Assembly: GCA_004524535.1 (NCBI GenBank)
Contig: SDNY01000001.1
Location: 37,146-101,145, forward strand
Reading direction: 5' to 3'
Origin: Promethearchaeota archaeon
GTDB lineage: Archaea; Asgardarchaeota; Lokiarchaeia; Sigyniarchaeales; SOKP01
DNA: 64,000 bases
Within the stretch, counting starts at the first letter, position 1. Each line of letters starts with the position of its first letter. Under the pieces are notes generated by a model, which saw nothing but the letters and a program-made list of their open reading frames with translations, did not search any database and had not been told where the DNA came from. Position numbers and translations under genes: made by a program. Positions 1 to 10,321 of this stretch are shown here, in pieces.

Positions 1-19
1 GAGTTTAGACGAATTCATA

Positions 20-826
20 ATGGATTGGCTTAGAGATCACGGACAAGCTCATAAGTTGGATGATCAATTTGCGAAAATGAGAAAGGACCCTGCTGGAAGA
101 ATTTATATGCCAATAACTTATCATGGAGCAAAATTTGCCATAAAATGCGGTTTAACACCAAATAAAGTTTCTTATATAAATTTAATTTTATCATTTCTTA
201 TATTTTATGGGGTAATAATGGCTAGTCGGGGCCATACACTTGATTTATTTACTCAACAGCCATATTATGGTGTTTGGTTTATTCCTCTTGCTTTTTTGGC
301 TTTATTTACAGGAATTATTGATGGGATTGATGGAGCAATAGCTAGATTAACAGAAACAAAGTCTAGAGCTGGTGCTTGGTTAGATAATGTGATTGATAGA
401 ATTAGTGATATATTATTATTAGTATGTCTAGTTCCAACCAGCTTTCTCGTCTTTCCTGAATATGGACTTGACTTTACATGGATAATTTGGACGAATATTT
501 TTCTAATTTTTCTTTATGAATACATGAGATCCAGACATGAAGGTTTAGGTTTGCATGAGGCGAAACCATTTGTGGGTGAAAGAATAACTCGTTTTTTTAT
601 TATCTTTACATTTTTTCTAATTTATGGCATTTCGAGTTTCTTTATATTAATTACTAATTGGATCGATCCCTCTGCTACTAAAATCTGGGCACATTCTCAT
701 GGTGGAACAATAAAATGGAATATGCTAATTTTTCAAATCAATTTATTATTGATTATGGTCTTTTCATCAATTAAATTAGCACAATATAGTTTGAAAAACC
801 TAAAAAAATTGGATGGAATCAAATAA
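20..826 (+). CDS. CDP-alcohol phosphatidyltransferase family protein (polar-lipid head-group transferase)
   Basis: Exact family motif DGAIARLTETKSRAGAWLDNVID (D-G-x2-A-R-x8-G-x3-D-x3-D) plus several hydrophobic helices. The frame is open back to base 2, so the true 5' end may lie upstream of the window. Confidence 0.8.
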   Translation: MDWLRDHGQAHKLDDQFAKMRKDPAGRIYMPITYHGAKFAIKCGLTPNKVSYINLILSFLIFYGVIMASRGHTLDLFTQQPYYGVWFIPLAFLALFTGIIDGIDGAIARLTETKSRAGAWLDNVIDRISDILLLVCLVPTSFLVFPEYGLDFTWIIWTNIFLIFLYEYMRSRHEGLGLHEAKPFVGERITRFFIIFTFFLIYGISSFFILITNWIDPSATKIWAHSHGGTIKWNMLIFQINLLLIMVFSSIKLAQYSLKNLKKLDGIK

Positions 827-864
827 TTTATAAGAGGTTTTAAATCATAAATTTCAGAAGTTTT

Positions 865-2196
865 TTGTATACCGTTATTTTAGTAATTTATTTTATTCTT
901 TTACATATCTATTTTCCACCTTTTTTATCAGCAGGAACGAAAAACGCAATTGATACCTTCATTAGTAATCCTTTAACCTATTGGTGGTTTATATTTCCAT
1001 TAATTGGACTAATCACATTATTGATCTTGATCATTTATTATGGAAGATGTTTCTTATCTTCATTTGGGCGTGGTTATCGAACTAAAAAACCCTATAATGC
1101 TAAAATAAGTATACTAATTGCATCTAAAAATGAAAAAACATTATTAGATAGAACATTAAATTCCATTCTCGCATCAGATTATCCAAAAGAAGACATTCAA
1201 ATAATTATTATTACAAGTGGTTCAACAGATGGTACCACTGATTATTCTAACAATTTTGCCAAAGAAAATAGTTCAATTGATATAGAAGTATTATCTGAGA
1301 ATCTACCTAAAAAAGGAAAACCTCCAGCATTGAATTATGGACTTAAATACGTAAAAAATGATATCGTTGTTCTTTATGATTCTGGTTGCATTTTAGAACA
1401 GAATACATTAAGAAATTTAATATCACCATTTCAAAAAGAAAAAAATAATGCAGTTATAGGGCCTGTCCTTGTTAAAAATTGGAAGATCAATAAATTAACC
1501 AGAGCGCTTTTCCTTGACTATGCTTTTTTATCTGGTGGAGGATTATTATTTGAAACGAAAAACAGATTAGGTAAATCTGCTTATTCATTCGGACGAAATT
1601 TTGCCGTAAGAACTAAACACTTAAGAAAATCTGGAGGATTTAACGAAGATTCAATGACAGAAGATCTCTATCTTTCTGTAGTTCTAAATTTAGATGGGAT
1701 TAAAATTCTATTTTCTCCTAAAGCAAAAGTCTATGAATATGTACCAAGTACTTGGGAGATCCTAAAAAAACAACGTACAAGATGGGTTGCTGGATATATT
1801 TATGATATGCCACAATTAATGGAAATGAAAAGCGAAGAAAAAGATGGCAAAAAAATTATAATCGATAGAAATATGACGATGATGCTTTTAGGAAATATAG
1901 ATGCTTGGATTCCAATATTCATTGGATTCGCAATATTTTTCTTTCTTATCGGCGAGTGGTATCTATTAAGTTGGTTTCTTTCCTGTTTAATCTTTCAATT
2001 TGGCTTTTTATTTAAAGCCGTACGAAAATATGGCGATAATCATTTTAGTATTTTGTTTTGGTGGCCAATAAGCGCTTATATTCACCTCTATATGTTTCTA
2101 CGTCAATTCAGTTTGCCAAAAGAAATCAGCTGGGATAAAACTCCAATGATTTTAGAAAAGCAAGAAGAAGAAGTTAAAGCTCTATCGACTAAATAG
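865..2196 (+). CDS. Membrane-bound family 2 glycosyltransferase, processive (cellulose/chitin-synthase-like) type
   Basis: N-terminal TM helices, then ISILIASKNE...IIIITSGSTDGT (GT-A DxD region), LYDSGC, TEDLYLS and the Q(R/Q)xRW motif as QRTRW. C-terminal TM helices follow. Apparent TTG start. Confidence 0.8.
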   Translation: MYTVILVIYFILLHIYFPPFLSAGTKNAIDTFISNPLTYWWFIFPLIGLITLLILIIYYGRCFLSSFGRGYRTKKPYNAKISILIASKNEKTLLDRTLNSILASDYPKEDIQIIIITSGSTDGTTDYSNNFAKENSSIDIEVLSENLPKKGKPPALNYGLKYVKNDIVVLYDSGCILEQNTLRNLISPFQKEKNNAVIGPVLVKNWKINKLTRALFLDYAFLSGGGLLFETKNRLGKSAYSFGRNFAVRTKHLRKSGGFNEDSMTEDLYLSVVLNLDGIKILFSPKAKVYEYVPSTWEILKKQRTRWVAGYIYDMPQLMEMKSEEKDGKKIIIDRNMTMMLLGNIDAWIPIFIGFAIFFFLIGEWYLLSWFLSCLIFQFGFLFKAVRKYGDNHFSILFWWPISAYIHLYMFLRQFSLPKEISWDKTPMILEKQEEEVKALSTK

Positions 2197-2198
2197 CC

Positions 2199-3068
2199 TT
2201 AATACATTACTTTATTATATTTCTTCTTTTTTTTGAACGACCTGTCGAAGATTGATTTTCTATTATCTTTTTTCCATTTTAAACGATTACGCCAGCGTTC
2301 AATAGCTTCCAAAGGAAATCCAAGATTCTTTTTGCGCAGAAAAAAATTAAAAAAACCAAGTAAAAGAAAAGCAATAATCACACTAAGAGCTAGTAGTACA
2401 ATATCAATTACAAAAATTTTTATATAGCTTAAGTAAAAATAAAGAAAATAAATAGAAATTAATGTATTTGATAATAATAGAATATGCATTAAGTCTGTCA
2501 TTTTATTGGTTTTAAATTTTTTTCTTTTGCTTATCCCATGAATCCCAAATTGGAAATTTATAAAAATTGTAAAAAAGGCGAATATATATAGAATTAACGA
2601 AATTTGAGAAATCAAACACGAAATTTGATAATAATACGAAAAAGGAAAAAGTGGAGTTAGATATATAAAATAACGCTCTTTATAGATGGAAAAATGATAG
2701 AGAAAAATGTTTATCATTGCAAAATCGATCGCAATAGCACAAACCGGAGCGGTTTTTGCTGGATTTGAATCAAGCACATGAAGTAAAAAAATAAAGACAT
2801 ACATAGAAAACATAGCTAAGAAAAGATTCAAGAATAAAAGAGTTGAGAATGACATTGAAAAAACAATTTCTTCTATTGATGGAATATCTGTTCTAGTAGG
2901 TAACCTAGGATCGGAAAACTTTGGGTGAAGATAAACCTCAAGAAACCAGGAAAATTCAAGAAAAATCATAAAAATTGTTAATGTCAGAAATAATTGAACC
3001 TGAAATATAAAAGCAGTCCAATTTTTTACTTTATTTTTTTTTTTAGAGCTAATATTTTCCTTTTTCAT
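2199..3068 (-). CDS. Hypothetical polytopic membrane protein with Lys-rich termini
   Basis: Long ORF with about 7 hydrophobic segments. No recognisable catalytic motif. Confidence 0.5.
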   Translation of the reverse strand: MKKENISSKKKNKVKNWTAFIFQVQLFLTLTIFMIFLEFSWFLEVYLHPKFSDPRLPTRTDIPSIEEIVFSMSFSTLLFLNLFLAMFSMYVFIFLLHVLDSNPAKTAPVCAIAIDFAMINIFLYHFSIYKERYFIYLTPLFPFSYYYQISCLISQISLILYIFAFFTIFINFQFGIHGISKRKKFKTNKMTDLMHILLLSNTLISIYFLYFYLSYIKIFVIDIVLLALSVIIAFLLLGFFNFFLRKKNLGFPLEAIERWRNRLKWKKDNRKSIFDRSFKKKKKYNKVMY

Positions 3069-3207
3069 TTGTCTTATTCAGCTTGATATTAAAAGAAAAA
3101 ATTAAACTTTCATGATTTCTATATTAATATTAAGTAATTCTATATTTTTAAAAATTAATCAATATTGAATTTTTTTAAATCTCAAAATAGTAACCATTAA
3201 ACTTCTC

Positions 3208-4542
3208 ATGATTTATGACCATATTCCTGATTTTCTTTATAATCTTATATTAAATGATCAATTGCCTAAAGAATTAAGAAAAAAATATTTCGATTTCAAA
3301 TCACATCAAATTTCAGATAAGAAATTTTGTGAAGATTTACTCAAACAATTAAAATTGTCATATAACAATTGTAATTATTATCAAGAAAAACTCTGTAAGA
3401 AGTTCGATTATACGCTTCCTGAAGATTTAACCATTGGGAATTTAGAAAAAATCCCTTATATCCCGTCTAATGACTATAAAAAATCAGTAAGTCGAAATTT
3501 AGAACTGTTAAAAGCCTCCCTTGATGAAATAGTGCTATTTTCTTGTTCCTCCTCAACGACTGGCATTACTTCAATAATTCCTCGAACATTAGAAGATTTC
3601 GACCAGATCCAATATAATGCAGTTAAAACTTATTCAGAATTTTTTAATTGGAAGGAAATAAAACCAGAACCTTATAAAAGAGCAATAATCTTTAATTTTT
3701 CGCCTGACAGATTCTTTTTATCAATAATGACAAAGAAAAATTCTAAAGGATTTGAATATGTTGATAAAACTCGTTATTTCTCATCTTGTATTAATAAACC
3801 ATTTGAATATTACGCACATGTAGAATATATGATAAAAATTAATCTACTCGTATCGATACGGACATTCTTATCAACTTTATCAGTAAGAGGGGGCTTTGTT
3901 ATGGATGTAAGCAAAATGCTCAAAATAATTAAAAAAGTTCTAAAAACGGGAAAATGGGAGAAGAGAGGAGTTAATAAAATTCTTTTTAATGGAAACCCTG
4001 CTTTAATGAATTATATGTTTGAAAATCGATTATTAAGAGAGAATATTTTTTTTGACCTCGATGAAATATCTTATGTTGGATGCAGTGGTGGAGGATGGGA
4101 TGGTGTTAAAGGGGAAGTTAAGTTAGATGCAGTAAATAAAACTCGATTTATTGAAAATTATGAAAAAATCTTTAATATTAGATCTAAGAATATAAGAGAC
4201 ATTTATTCACTCGCAGAAGTGCCGACTATTTTCGGAGGGCACTGGTCTGAAAAATATCAAGATTTTCTATTCCATTGTCCCGATACTACTCGAATTATTG
4301 TAAGAGATTTAGATAAATTAGAGCCTGTCAATGAAGGTGAAGAAGGATTATTAGAAGTTATTACACCATATGGTGTTAATGGATCAATAAATCAAGCCTT
4401 ACTTGTTGATGATATTGTTGAGATAATTTCAAAAAAGAAGTGTCCAGAATGTGGATACCAGGGAGCGGTTTTTCGAATAATAGGAAGACTGGAAAATGCC
4501 CAAGGAAAATGTTGCTCCTCCTTAATAAATTGGAGCTATTAA
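3208..4542 (+). CDS. LuxE/PaaK-like adenylate-forming enzyme (acyl-protein synthetase / F390-synthetase-like, ANL superfamily)
   Basis: P-loop-like SSSTTGITS (variant of SSGTTG), GGGWDG, and a C-terminal CPECG...FRIIGRLENAQGKCCSS tail typical of LuxE-type proteins. Paralogous to 12288..13478. Confidence 0.6.
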   Translation: MIYDHIPDFLYNLILNDQLPKELRKKYFDFKSHQISDKKFCEDLLKQLKLSYNNCNYYQEKLCKKFDYTLPEDLTIGNLEKIPYIPSNDYKKSVSRNLELLKASLDEIVLFSCSSSTTGITSIIPRTLEDFDQIQYNAVKTYSEFFNWKEIKPEPYKRAIIFNFSPDRFFLSIMTKKNSKGFEYVDKTRYFSSCINKPFEYYAHVEYMIKINLLVSIRTFLSTLSVRGGFVMDVSKMLKIIKKVLKTGKWEKRGVNKILFNGNPALMNYMFENRLLRENIFFDLDEISYVGCSGGGWDGVKGEVKLDAVNKTRFIENYEKIFNIRSKNIRDIYSLAEVPTIFGGHWSEKYQDFLFHCPDTTRIIVRDLDKLEPVNEGEEGLLEVITPYGVNGSINQALLVDDIVEIISKKKCPECGYQGAVFRIIGRLENAQGKCCSSLINWSY

Positions 4543-4612
4543 GGGAGCTCTATTTTGATAAGATTAATAATAACAAAATAACTATTAAGGTTAATTAAGG
4601 AGTATATTAATA

Positions 4613-6058
4613 ATGAAAATCAATCTCATTAACGCTGCGCCTTCAAAGATTAAGGATGGTCAATTTGAGACATTATTTTATGCTTCTGCTCCTCCTTTAG
4701 GATTATTATACCTTGCTACATATTTAAAAGATAAAGGTCATAAAATCTCTATTTTAGATCAAGCAGCTGTTAATTATGAAAATAGTGATGTAATTGACTG
4801 GGTCAAAAAAGCAGATCCAGATGTAGTAGGGTTTTCAGTTATCTGCGCATCTATAGATAATACTAAAATAATCTCTAAAACATTAAAAAGTTGGAATCCA
4901 AATCTGAAAATCATTTTTGGTAATTATCTCTCAACATTCTATGCAAGAAAAATCTTAGAAAACTATGACTGGGTAGATATTTGTGTGAGAGGGGATGGTG
5001 AAATGATATTTTCAGAGCTTATTGAAAAAATCGAATTGAATAATGATTTCAATGAAGTCGATGGAATAACGTACAAGTACAATAGTAAAATTAGAGAGAA
5101 TCAGAATCGTCGATTATTAAAAAACCTTGACATATTACCGTTTCCTGATCGTAAATTGATCCCAAATATCTATAAGAATCGAATCGGTGGAATTGATGTT
5201 TCACCACGAAAATTTACTACGATGGTTTCTTCTCGAGGATGCCCTTTTGGATGTAATTTCTGCGCATGTACAGCATTTTCTCAAGGCGTTTGGAGAACTC
5301 GATCTGTAAATAATATCTTTGAAGAGATTTGTGAATTATCAAATCAAGGTTTTCAAGAAATACTTTTTGTTGATGATAATTTCACATTGAATATGAAAAG
5401 AATCGTCGAGCTATGTAATAAAATTATGAAAGAAAAACTGGATATGGTATTTGTATGTGATGGAAGAGTAAACAATAGCTCTATTAATTTACTAAGAACT
5501 ATGAAAAAAGCAAAATTTGAAATTATAATGTTTGGATTAGAAAGTAGTTCTCAAAGAATGTTAGATTTTTATAATAAAAGAATAACACCACAGATGAGCA
5601 AAACTGCTGTAAAAAATGCGCGTAAAGCGGGTTTTAAGATGATAGTTGGGTCATTTATGATTGGTGGATTTGATGAAACCTATACTGAGGCAATCAATAC
5701 TCTTAGATTTATTTCAAAACTCGATATTGATTTCCCTCATATAATTTTTACTCGAGCATTACCTGGAACTCAACTTTTTAATAGTATGATTCAAAAAAAT
5801 ATTATTGATGAAAATCAATATTGGGAAAGGGGCGTAGATTTAATTGATTTACCTGGAGCAAAAATGAAACGGGACGTAATTTTTAAAATAATAAAAGAAC
5901 AATTCCATCTAAATTTTTTCAGACCTAAATATTTAGTTAAGGCTTTATTACGAACATTAACAAGTAAATATAGACAAGAAATGTTTTCAAGTCATCTAAA
6001 TTTTCGTGATATAGATAAATTTATTAAATTAATCAATAATCCACCTGATTTATTTTAA
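4613..6058 (+). CDS. Cobalamin-binding (class B) radical SAM protein
   Basis: N-terminal B12-binding-like Rossmann region (PPLGLLYLATYLKDKGHKISILD) followed by SSRGCPFGCNFCAC (CxxxCxxC) and a FGLESSS radical-SAM core. Confidence 0.85.
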   Translation: MKINLINAAPSKIKDGQFETLFYASAPPLGLLYLATYLKDKGHKISILDQAAVNYENSDVIDWVKKADPDVVGFSVICASIDNTKIISKTLKSWNPNLKIIFGNYLSTFYARKILENYDWVDICVRGDGEMIFSELIEKIELNNDFNEVDGITYKYNSKIRENQNRRLLKNLDILPFPDRKLIPNIYKNRIGGIDVSPRKFTTMVSSRGCPFGCNFCACTAFSQGVWRTRSVNNIFEEICELSNQGFQEILFVDDNFTLNMKRIVELCNKIMKEKLDMVFVCDGRVNNSSINLLRTMKKAKFEIIMFGLESSSQRMLDFYNKRITPQMSKTAVKNARKAGFKMIVGSFMIGGFDETYTEAINTLRFISKLDIDFPHIIFTRALPGTQLFNSMIQKNIIDENQYWERGVDLIDLPGAKMKRDVIFKIIKEQFHLNFFRPKYLVKALLRTLTSKYRQEMFSSHLNFRDIDKFIKLINNPPDLF

Positions 6059-6084
6059 GGAGTAATTTATTGAGTGAGATATAA

Positions 6085-7590
6085 TTGAAAATTGCATTAA
6101 TTAATCCAAGTTTAGAGGAAAAGATCTATTCTCCGTGGCCTCCTTTAGGGATCCTTTATTTAGGAACAATATTAACAGAGAATGGGTTTACAGTTGAATT
6201 ATTAGATGCGGCAGCAAAGTTTTATGGAAAAAATGATGTATTAAACTGGATTAAACGGGTAAAACCCGATATAGTTGGTATATCCGTCTTTACAGTAGCA
6301 TTTTTACCCGTAATTAATCTAATTAAAGTAATCAAAGACTGGAATCCTTCTATAATAATCGTGCTGGGGCATTATCACCCTACTATGGAGGCAGAGAATA
6401 TACTTCGCAAATATGGGGATTATGTTGACTACTGCGTGAGAGGGGAAGGAGAATATACCTTTTTAGAATTATGTGAATTTTTAGATAAGAATATTAATAA
6501 TTTACCAAATGATATTAAGGGGCTTGCGTTTCAATATTCTAATAAGAAAATTATCTTAACTCCAGATGCTCCTTTAATAACCGATTTAGATGATCTTCCT
6601 TTTCCAGATAGAAAATTACTTGATTTTAATTATAAATGGAATTTTTCTGGATTTGAATTTTCAAAATCAAAGATTACTTCAATCATTTCTTCTCGAGGGT
6701 GTCCATTTAATTGTTCTTATTGTGCGTGTACTAAATTTGCAAAACGCCGATTTCGACCAAGAAGTCCTGAAAATATAGTAAATGAAATACTTTTAGTAGC
6801 AGATCAAGGGTATTCGCAAATAAACTTTGTTGATGATAACTTCACTTTACAACCAAAAAGAACAATAAAGATTTGTCAATTAATAAAAAAAGAGAAAATT
6901 GATATTTACTGGCATACGGATGGTCGAGTTGACCAAACTTCTCAAGATATGTTGAAACAGATGAAAAAAGCCGGATGCAAATCAATATGGTTTGGATTTG
7001 AAAGTGCAAATCAGCGGATACTGAACCTCTATAATAAAAGAACTAAAGTGTCTCAATTCTATGAAGCTATTCGTAAAACACGGAAAGCAAATATTGAATT
7101 AATTGTTGGATTATTTATGCTTGGCGCTCCCACAGAGACGATTGCTGAAGTTAAAAATACAATAAAATTTGCTGTAGATTCTGATATTGATGTTCCCTTT
7201 TTCAATGTTGTTGAGATTTTTTCAGGAACAAAATTTTGGGATGATTATAATTCTAACGGAATAATTAATCAATATGATAACGTAAAAGCTTTAGTAGGTA
7301 CAGAAATCCAAGAAGCCGAACGATGGGAAACAACAACCAGAGTGATGGATTTCCTATTATCTCCAGAAGAACGAGAAAAAATGTTAATTGAAATCCAAAA
7401 TGCATACCAAACATTTTTTTCTTTTGAGAGAAAGATGATATTTTTATGGAAGATGCTCTATAGAACAGTAAGAAGTAAATTTATGCTAAATATGGCATAT
7501 AACATTGTGAGAAATTTTAAAGAAGCTTTTGGAGCTATATCAGCATTCAGGAATTCTAAACCTCGAGGTTTTGGGACATATGATGAGTAA
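6085..7590 (+). CDS. Cobalamin-binding (class B) radical SAM protein
   Basis: PPLGILYLGTIL..GF.VELLD, then SSRGCPFNCSYCAC. The TTG start is supported by N-terminal MKIALINP homology to its neighbours. Confidence 0.85.
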   Translation: MKIALINPSLEEKIYSPWPPLGILYLGTILTENGFTVELLDAAAKFYGKNDVLNWIKRVKPDIVGISVFTVAFLPVINLIKVIKDWNPSIIIVLGHYHPTMEAENILRKYGDYVDYCVRGEGEYTFLELCEFLDKNINNLPNDIKGLAFQYSNKKIILTPDAPLITDLDDLPFPDRKLLDFNYKWNFSGFEFSKSKITSIISSRGCPFNCSYCACTKFAKRRFRPRSPENIVNEILLVADQGYSQINFVDDNFTLQPKRTIKICQLIKKEKIDIYWHTDGRVDQTSQDMLKQMKKAGCKSIWFGFESANQRILNLYNKRTKVSQFYEAIRKTRKANIELIVGLFMLGAPTETIAEVKNTIKFAVDSDIDVPFFNVVEIFSGTKFWDDYNSNGIINQYDNVKALVGTEIQEAERWETTTRVMDFLLSPEEREKMLIEIQNAYQTFFSFERKMIFLWKMLYRTVRSKFMLNMAYNIVRNFKEAFGAISAFRNSKPRGFGTYDE

Positions 7591-7648
7591 AAGTATTGCA
7601 TTTCATTATTAGAGATTATAATAGAAAACTTAATAATAATAAAAAAAA

Positions 7649-9088
7649 ATGAAGATTGCTTTAATTTTTCCAGTTCCAATGGATCTGCAACGAGAAGATC
7701 CAAGGCCTATGTTTTCAAGTTTTGCTGAACCTCTAGGATTATTATATATCGCGGGGGTTTTAATGGAGCATGGATATGATGTATCGATTTTAGATCATGG
7801 AGCAACAAATTATACTTTCGAAGATGTATTAAATTGGATAAAAAAACAGAATCCGGATATTCTAGGTATTTCTGTTCTAACAAGATCTTTTCAATCTGGA
7901 ATAACAATAGCGAAGTTAGCAAAAGATTGGAATCCAAGTCTTACTATAATTTTAGGTAATTATCAAACTGTCTGCGCTGAAAAGATATTAAATAAGTATA
8001 ATTTCATAGATTTTTGTGTTCGAGGTGAAGGTGAATACACAATGCAAGAATTATTACCTTTGATTCGAAAAAATAACACCGATTACGAGAGTATTAAAGG
8101 AATCTATTATAGAAAAAATGGAATTGTCAAATCAACTATGCCTCGTGTATTAGAAAAGGATCTTGATAGGTTTCCAATTCCAGACCGTACATTAATTAAG
8201 GGAGCTAGATACAAGATGTCTATGGGAGGATTAGAGCTTTCTAAAGCAAAATCGGGAACTATTATGATGAGCCGAGGATGTCCTTATCAATGCCGGTTCT
8301 GTTCAGTTAATCATGAGAGTTGGCGACATAGATCAGCTGATAATGTTATTCAAGAATTACATCTCTTGGAATCTCAAGGATATCGAGAAATTATGATTAT
8401 GGATGATAATTTTACCATAAATCCCAAATGGGTAATTGAAATATGTAAAAAAATTATAAAAGAAAAAATCGATCTTATTTTTCATTGCGAAGCCAGAATT
8501 GAAGGAACTAAGGAAATGTATGAATATATGAATAGGGCTAATGTTAAGACTATTTTTTATGGAATGGAGAGTGGTAGTCAACGTGTATTAGACTATTATC
8601 AGAAAAACATAACCCCTTCTCAAAGCAAATTGGCGTTAAAAAAAGCCCGTAGCGCTGGTATTGATATGCTATTTGCTTCATTTATCATTGGGGCGCCTAT
8701 CGAAAAAATTAGTGATATACAAAAAACTGTAAATTTTGCGCTAAATTTAGATATTGATTATGCTATGTTTCACATATTTGAAGTGTTTCCTGGTATTCAA
8801 ATATGGGATGAATTAGTTGAACAAAATAAGGTGGACGAGGAAAAACACTGGGAAACTGGCGTTCGAGTAGCTGAGCTTCCATTTTATAATATCGAACTGG
8901 AATTTTTAATAGATGTAATAAGAAGAACATATAGAAAATTCTATTCAATATCAAGACCAAAATTTCTTTTCACACAATTTCTTAGGTCATTAAAAAGTCA
9001 ATATCGTCGTAATAAATTGAGAGATTTCGGTAAAGATTTTCGATCTTCCATAAGGATGTTGGATTCTTTGAGCGAAAAACGATTTTAA
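7649..9088 (+). CDS. Cobalamin-binding (class B) radical SAM protein
   Basis: EPLGLLYIAGVLMEHGYDVSILD, then MSRGCPYQCRFCSV. Third member of the tandem trio. Confidence 0.85.
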   Translation: MKIALIFPVPMDLQREDPRPMFSSFAEPLGLLYIAGVLMEHGYDVSILDHGATNYTFEDVLNWIKKQNPDILGISVLTRSFQSGITIAKLAKDWNPSLTIILGNYQTVCAEKILNKYNFIDFCVRGEGEYTMQELLPLIRKNNTDYESIKGIYYRKNGIVKSTMPRVLEKDLDRFPIPDRTLIKGARYKMSMGGLELSKAKSGTIMMSRGCPYQCRFCSVNHESWRHRSADNVIQELHLLESQGYREIMIMDDNFTINPKWVIEICKKIIKEKIDLIFHCEARIEGTKEMYEYMNRANVKTIFYGMESGSQRVLDYYQKNITPSQSKLALKKARSAGIDMLFASFIIGAPIEKISDIQKTVNFALNLDIDYAMFHIFEVFPGIQIWDELVEQNKVDEEKHWETGVRVAELPFYNIELEFLIDVIRRTYRKFYSISRPKFLFTQFLRSLKSQYRRNKLRDFGKDFRSSIRMLDSLSEKRF

Positions 9089-9093
9089 TTTTG

Positions 9094-9564
9094 TTAATAA
9101 TGAGTGATAAGTACTGTACACAGTCCTATTGCATTTAAAATAATCCCAAATATTCCAAGAACGCCTCCCTCATCTCCTGCCTTTTTAATATATCCTTTTG
9201 AAAGAATTCCTAAAGTTAATCCTCCACTATGAAGTGTTATCATCACTGTCAGAACAGTAGCTCTCCATCGATAATATTTCAGTGTCCATAAATCTGGTCT
9301 TGTAAGTAGAAATATTGGACCAATTAAAATTAAACTTAATAATCCTATAAGAAAAGATGATATTGCAAAGAGAGAATACAATGTTGAATAGAACCCTCCT
9401 TTCTTGTAAGACATCTGGTACAGTGCACTAGCTTTTGATGTATTTTGGGTGCTCTCAGGTCTTATTTGAGGAAATATAGAAGAGATTAGATTTTCTTTAC
9501 CACAGTTATGGCAAAACTTCTGATTTGGATTATTTAATTCTGTACCACAATTAGCACAATACAT
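9094..9564 (-). CDS. Zinc-ribbon membrane protein
   Basis: N-terminal MYCANCGTEL...KFCHNCG double-CxxC ribbon, then 3-4 TM helices. Paralogue of the next gene. Confidence 0.6.
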   Translation of the reverse strand: MYCANCGTELNNPNQKFCHNCGKENLISSIFPQIRPESTQNTSKASALYQMSYKKGGFYSTLYSLFAISSFLIGLLSLILIGPIFLLTRPDLWTLKYYRWRATVLTVMITLHSGGLTLGILSKGYIKKAGDEGGVLGIFGIILNAIGLCTVLITHY

Positions 9565-9675
9565 ATTTGCACCTCTTTAATTGATTTTTGTAAAAAAAAA
9601 ACCAATTAAATCTTCAATTCCATATTAAAAAATTTCATATTTATACTAATAAATTTTGATGATATTATATATAAT

Positions 9676-10206
9676 CTATAAAAAGAAACCTAGAACTATA
9701 AAGGCACCGCCTAAAGATATACAATTTAAAACAATGCCAAAAATTAAAAAAACACTTCCGACCTTCTCTAAGGGATTGTTAGGTTCAAGTTCTATTGCTT
9801 TTTTACTAAATACTTTTGATAAAATCCCTAATATTAATCCAACTCCATTAATTATCAGAATTACAATCCCTATTATAATTATTGTAGCAAAATCAATTCT
9901 ATAATAATTACGAGAGATTAGAGATAATATTAAATAACTCAAAACGTTTGCACCTAAAATAAAGGTGATTACTACTAAAACAATAGAAACAATTGATAAT
10001 ACAAAACATTTAATTGAATAAGGCCCTGGTCTATCTTGATTAACAACTGGTTTTTCCATGCTAATTGTTTGTTTTGGTATTGCTGCTGGTATATATCTAG
10101 CTTGTACTTGAGGTGCTCCAGAAGTTAATTTAATTCTATATCCACAGCTATAGCAGAAATTTTGATTAGAAGTTTTTATTTCTACGCCACAGTTAGGACA
10201 AAACAT
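9676..10206 (-). CDS. Zinc-ribbon membrane protein
   Basis: N-terminal MFCPNCGVEI...NFCYSCG ribbon, then TM helices. Preferred over the antisense ORF 9656..9904. Confidence 0.6.
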   Translation of the reverse strand: MFCPNCGVEIKTSNQNFCYSCGYRIKLTSGAPQVQARYIPAAIPKQTISMEKPVVNQDRPGPYSIKCFVLSIVSIVLVVITFILGANVLSYLILSLISRNYYRIDFATIIIIGIVILIINGVGLILGILSKVFSKKAIELEPNNPLEKVGSVFLIFGIVLNCISLGGAFIVLGFFL

Positions 10207-10321
10207 AATTTAATCTCTAAAATAATTTTTTATTATTCAAATTGGATTTAATTAATAATATAACTTTATATTTTTAAATTTTAATGTCAGATCAAAAATC
10301 TGGAGATATTATTAAATAGTC

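Noticed and set aside
2233-2427. 64-aa plus-strand ORF inside the 2199..3068 membrane gene
   Set aside because: It is antisense to a longer, hydrophobic-patterned ORF. Its Lys/Arg-rich low-complexity translation is typical of a shadow ORF in AT-rich DNA.
7458-8960. Minus-strand ORFs 7458..7703, 7707..7937, 8357..8581 and 8763..8960
   Set aside because: All are antisense to motif-supported radical SAM genes, and none has a recognisable motif.
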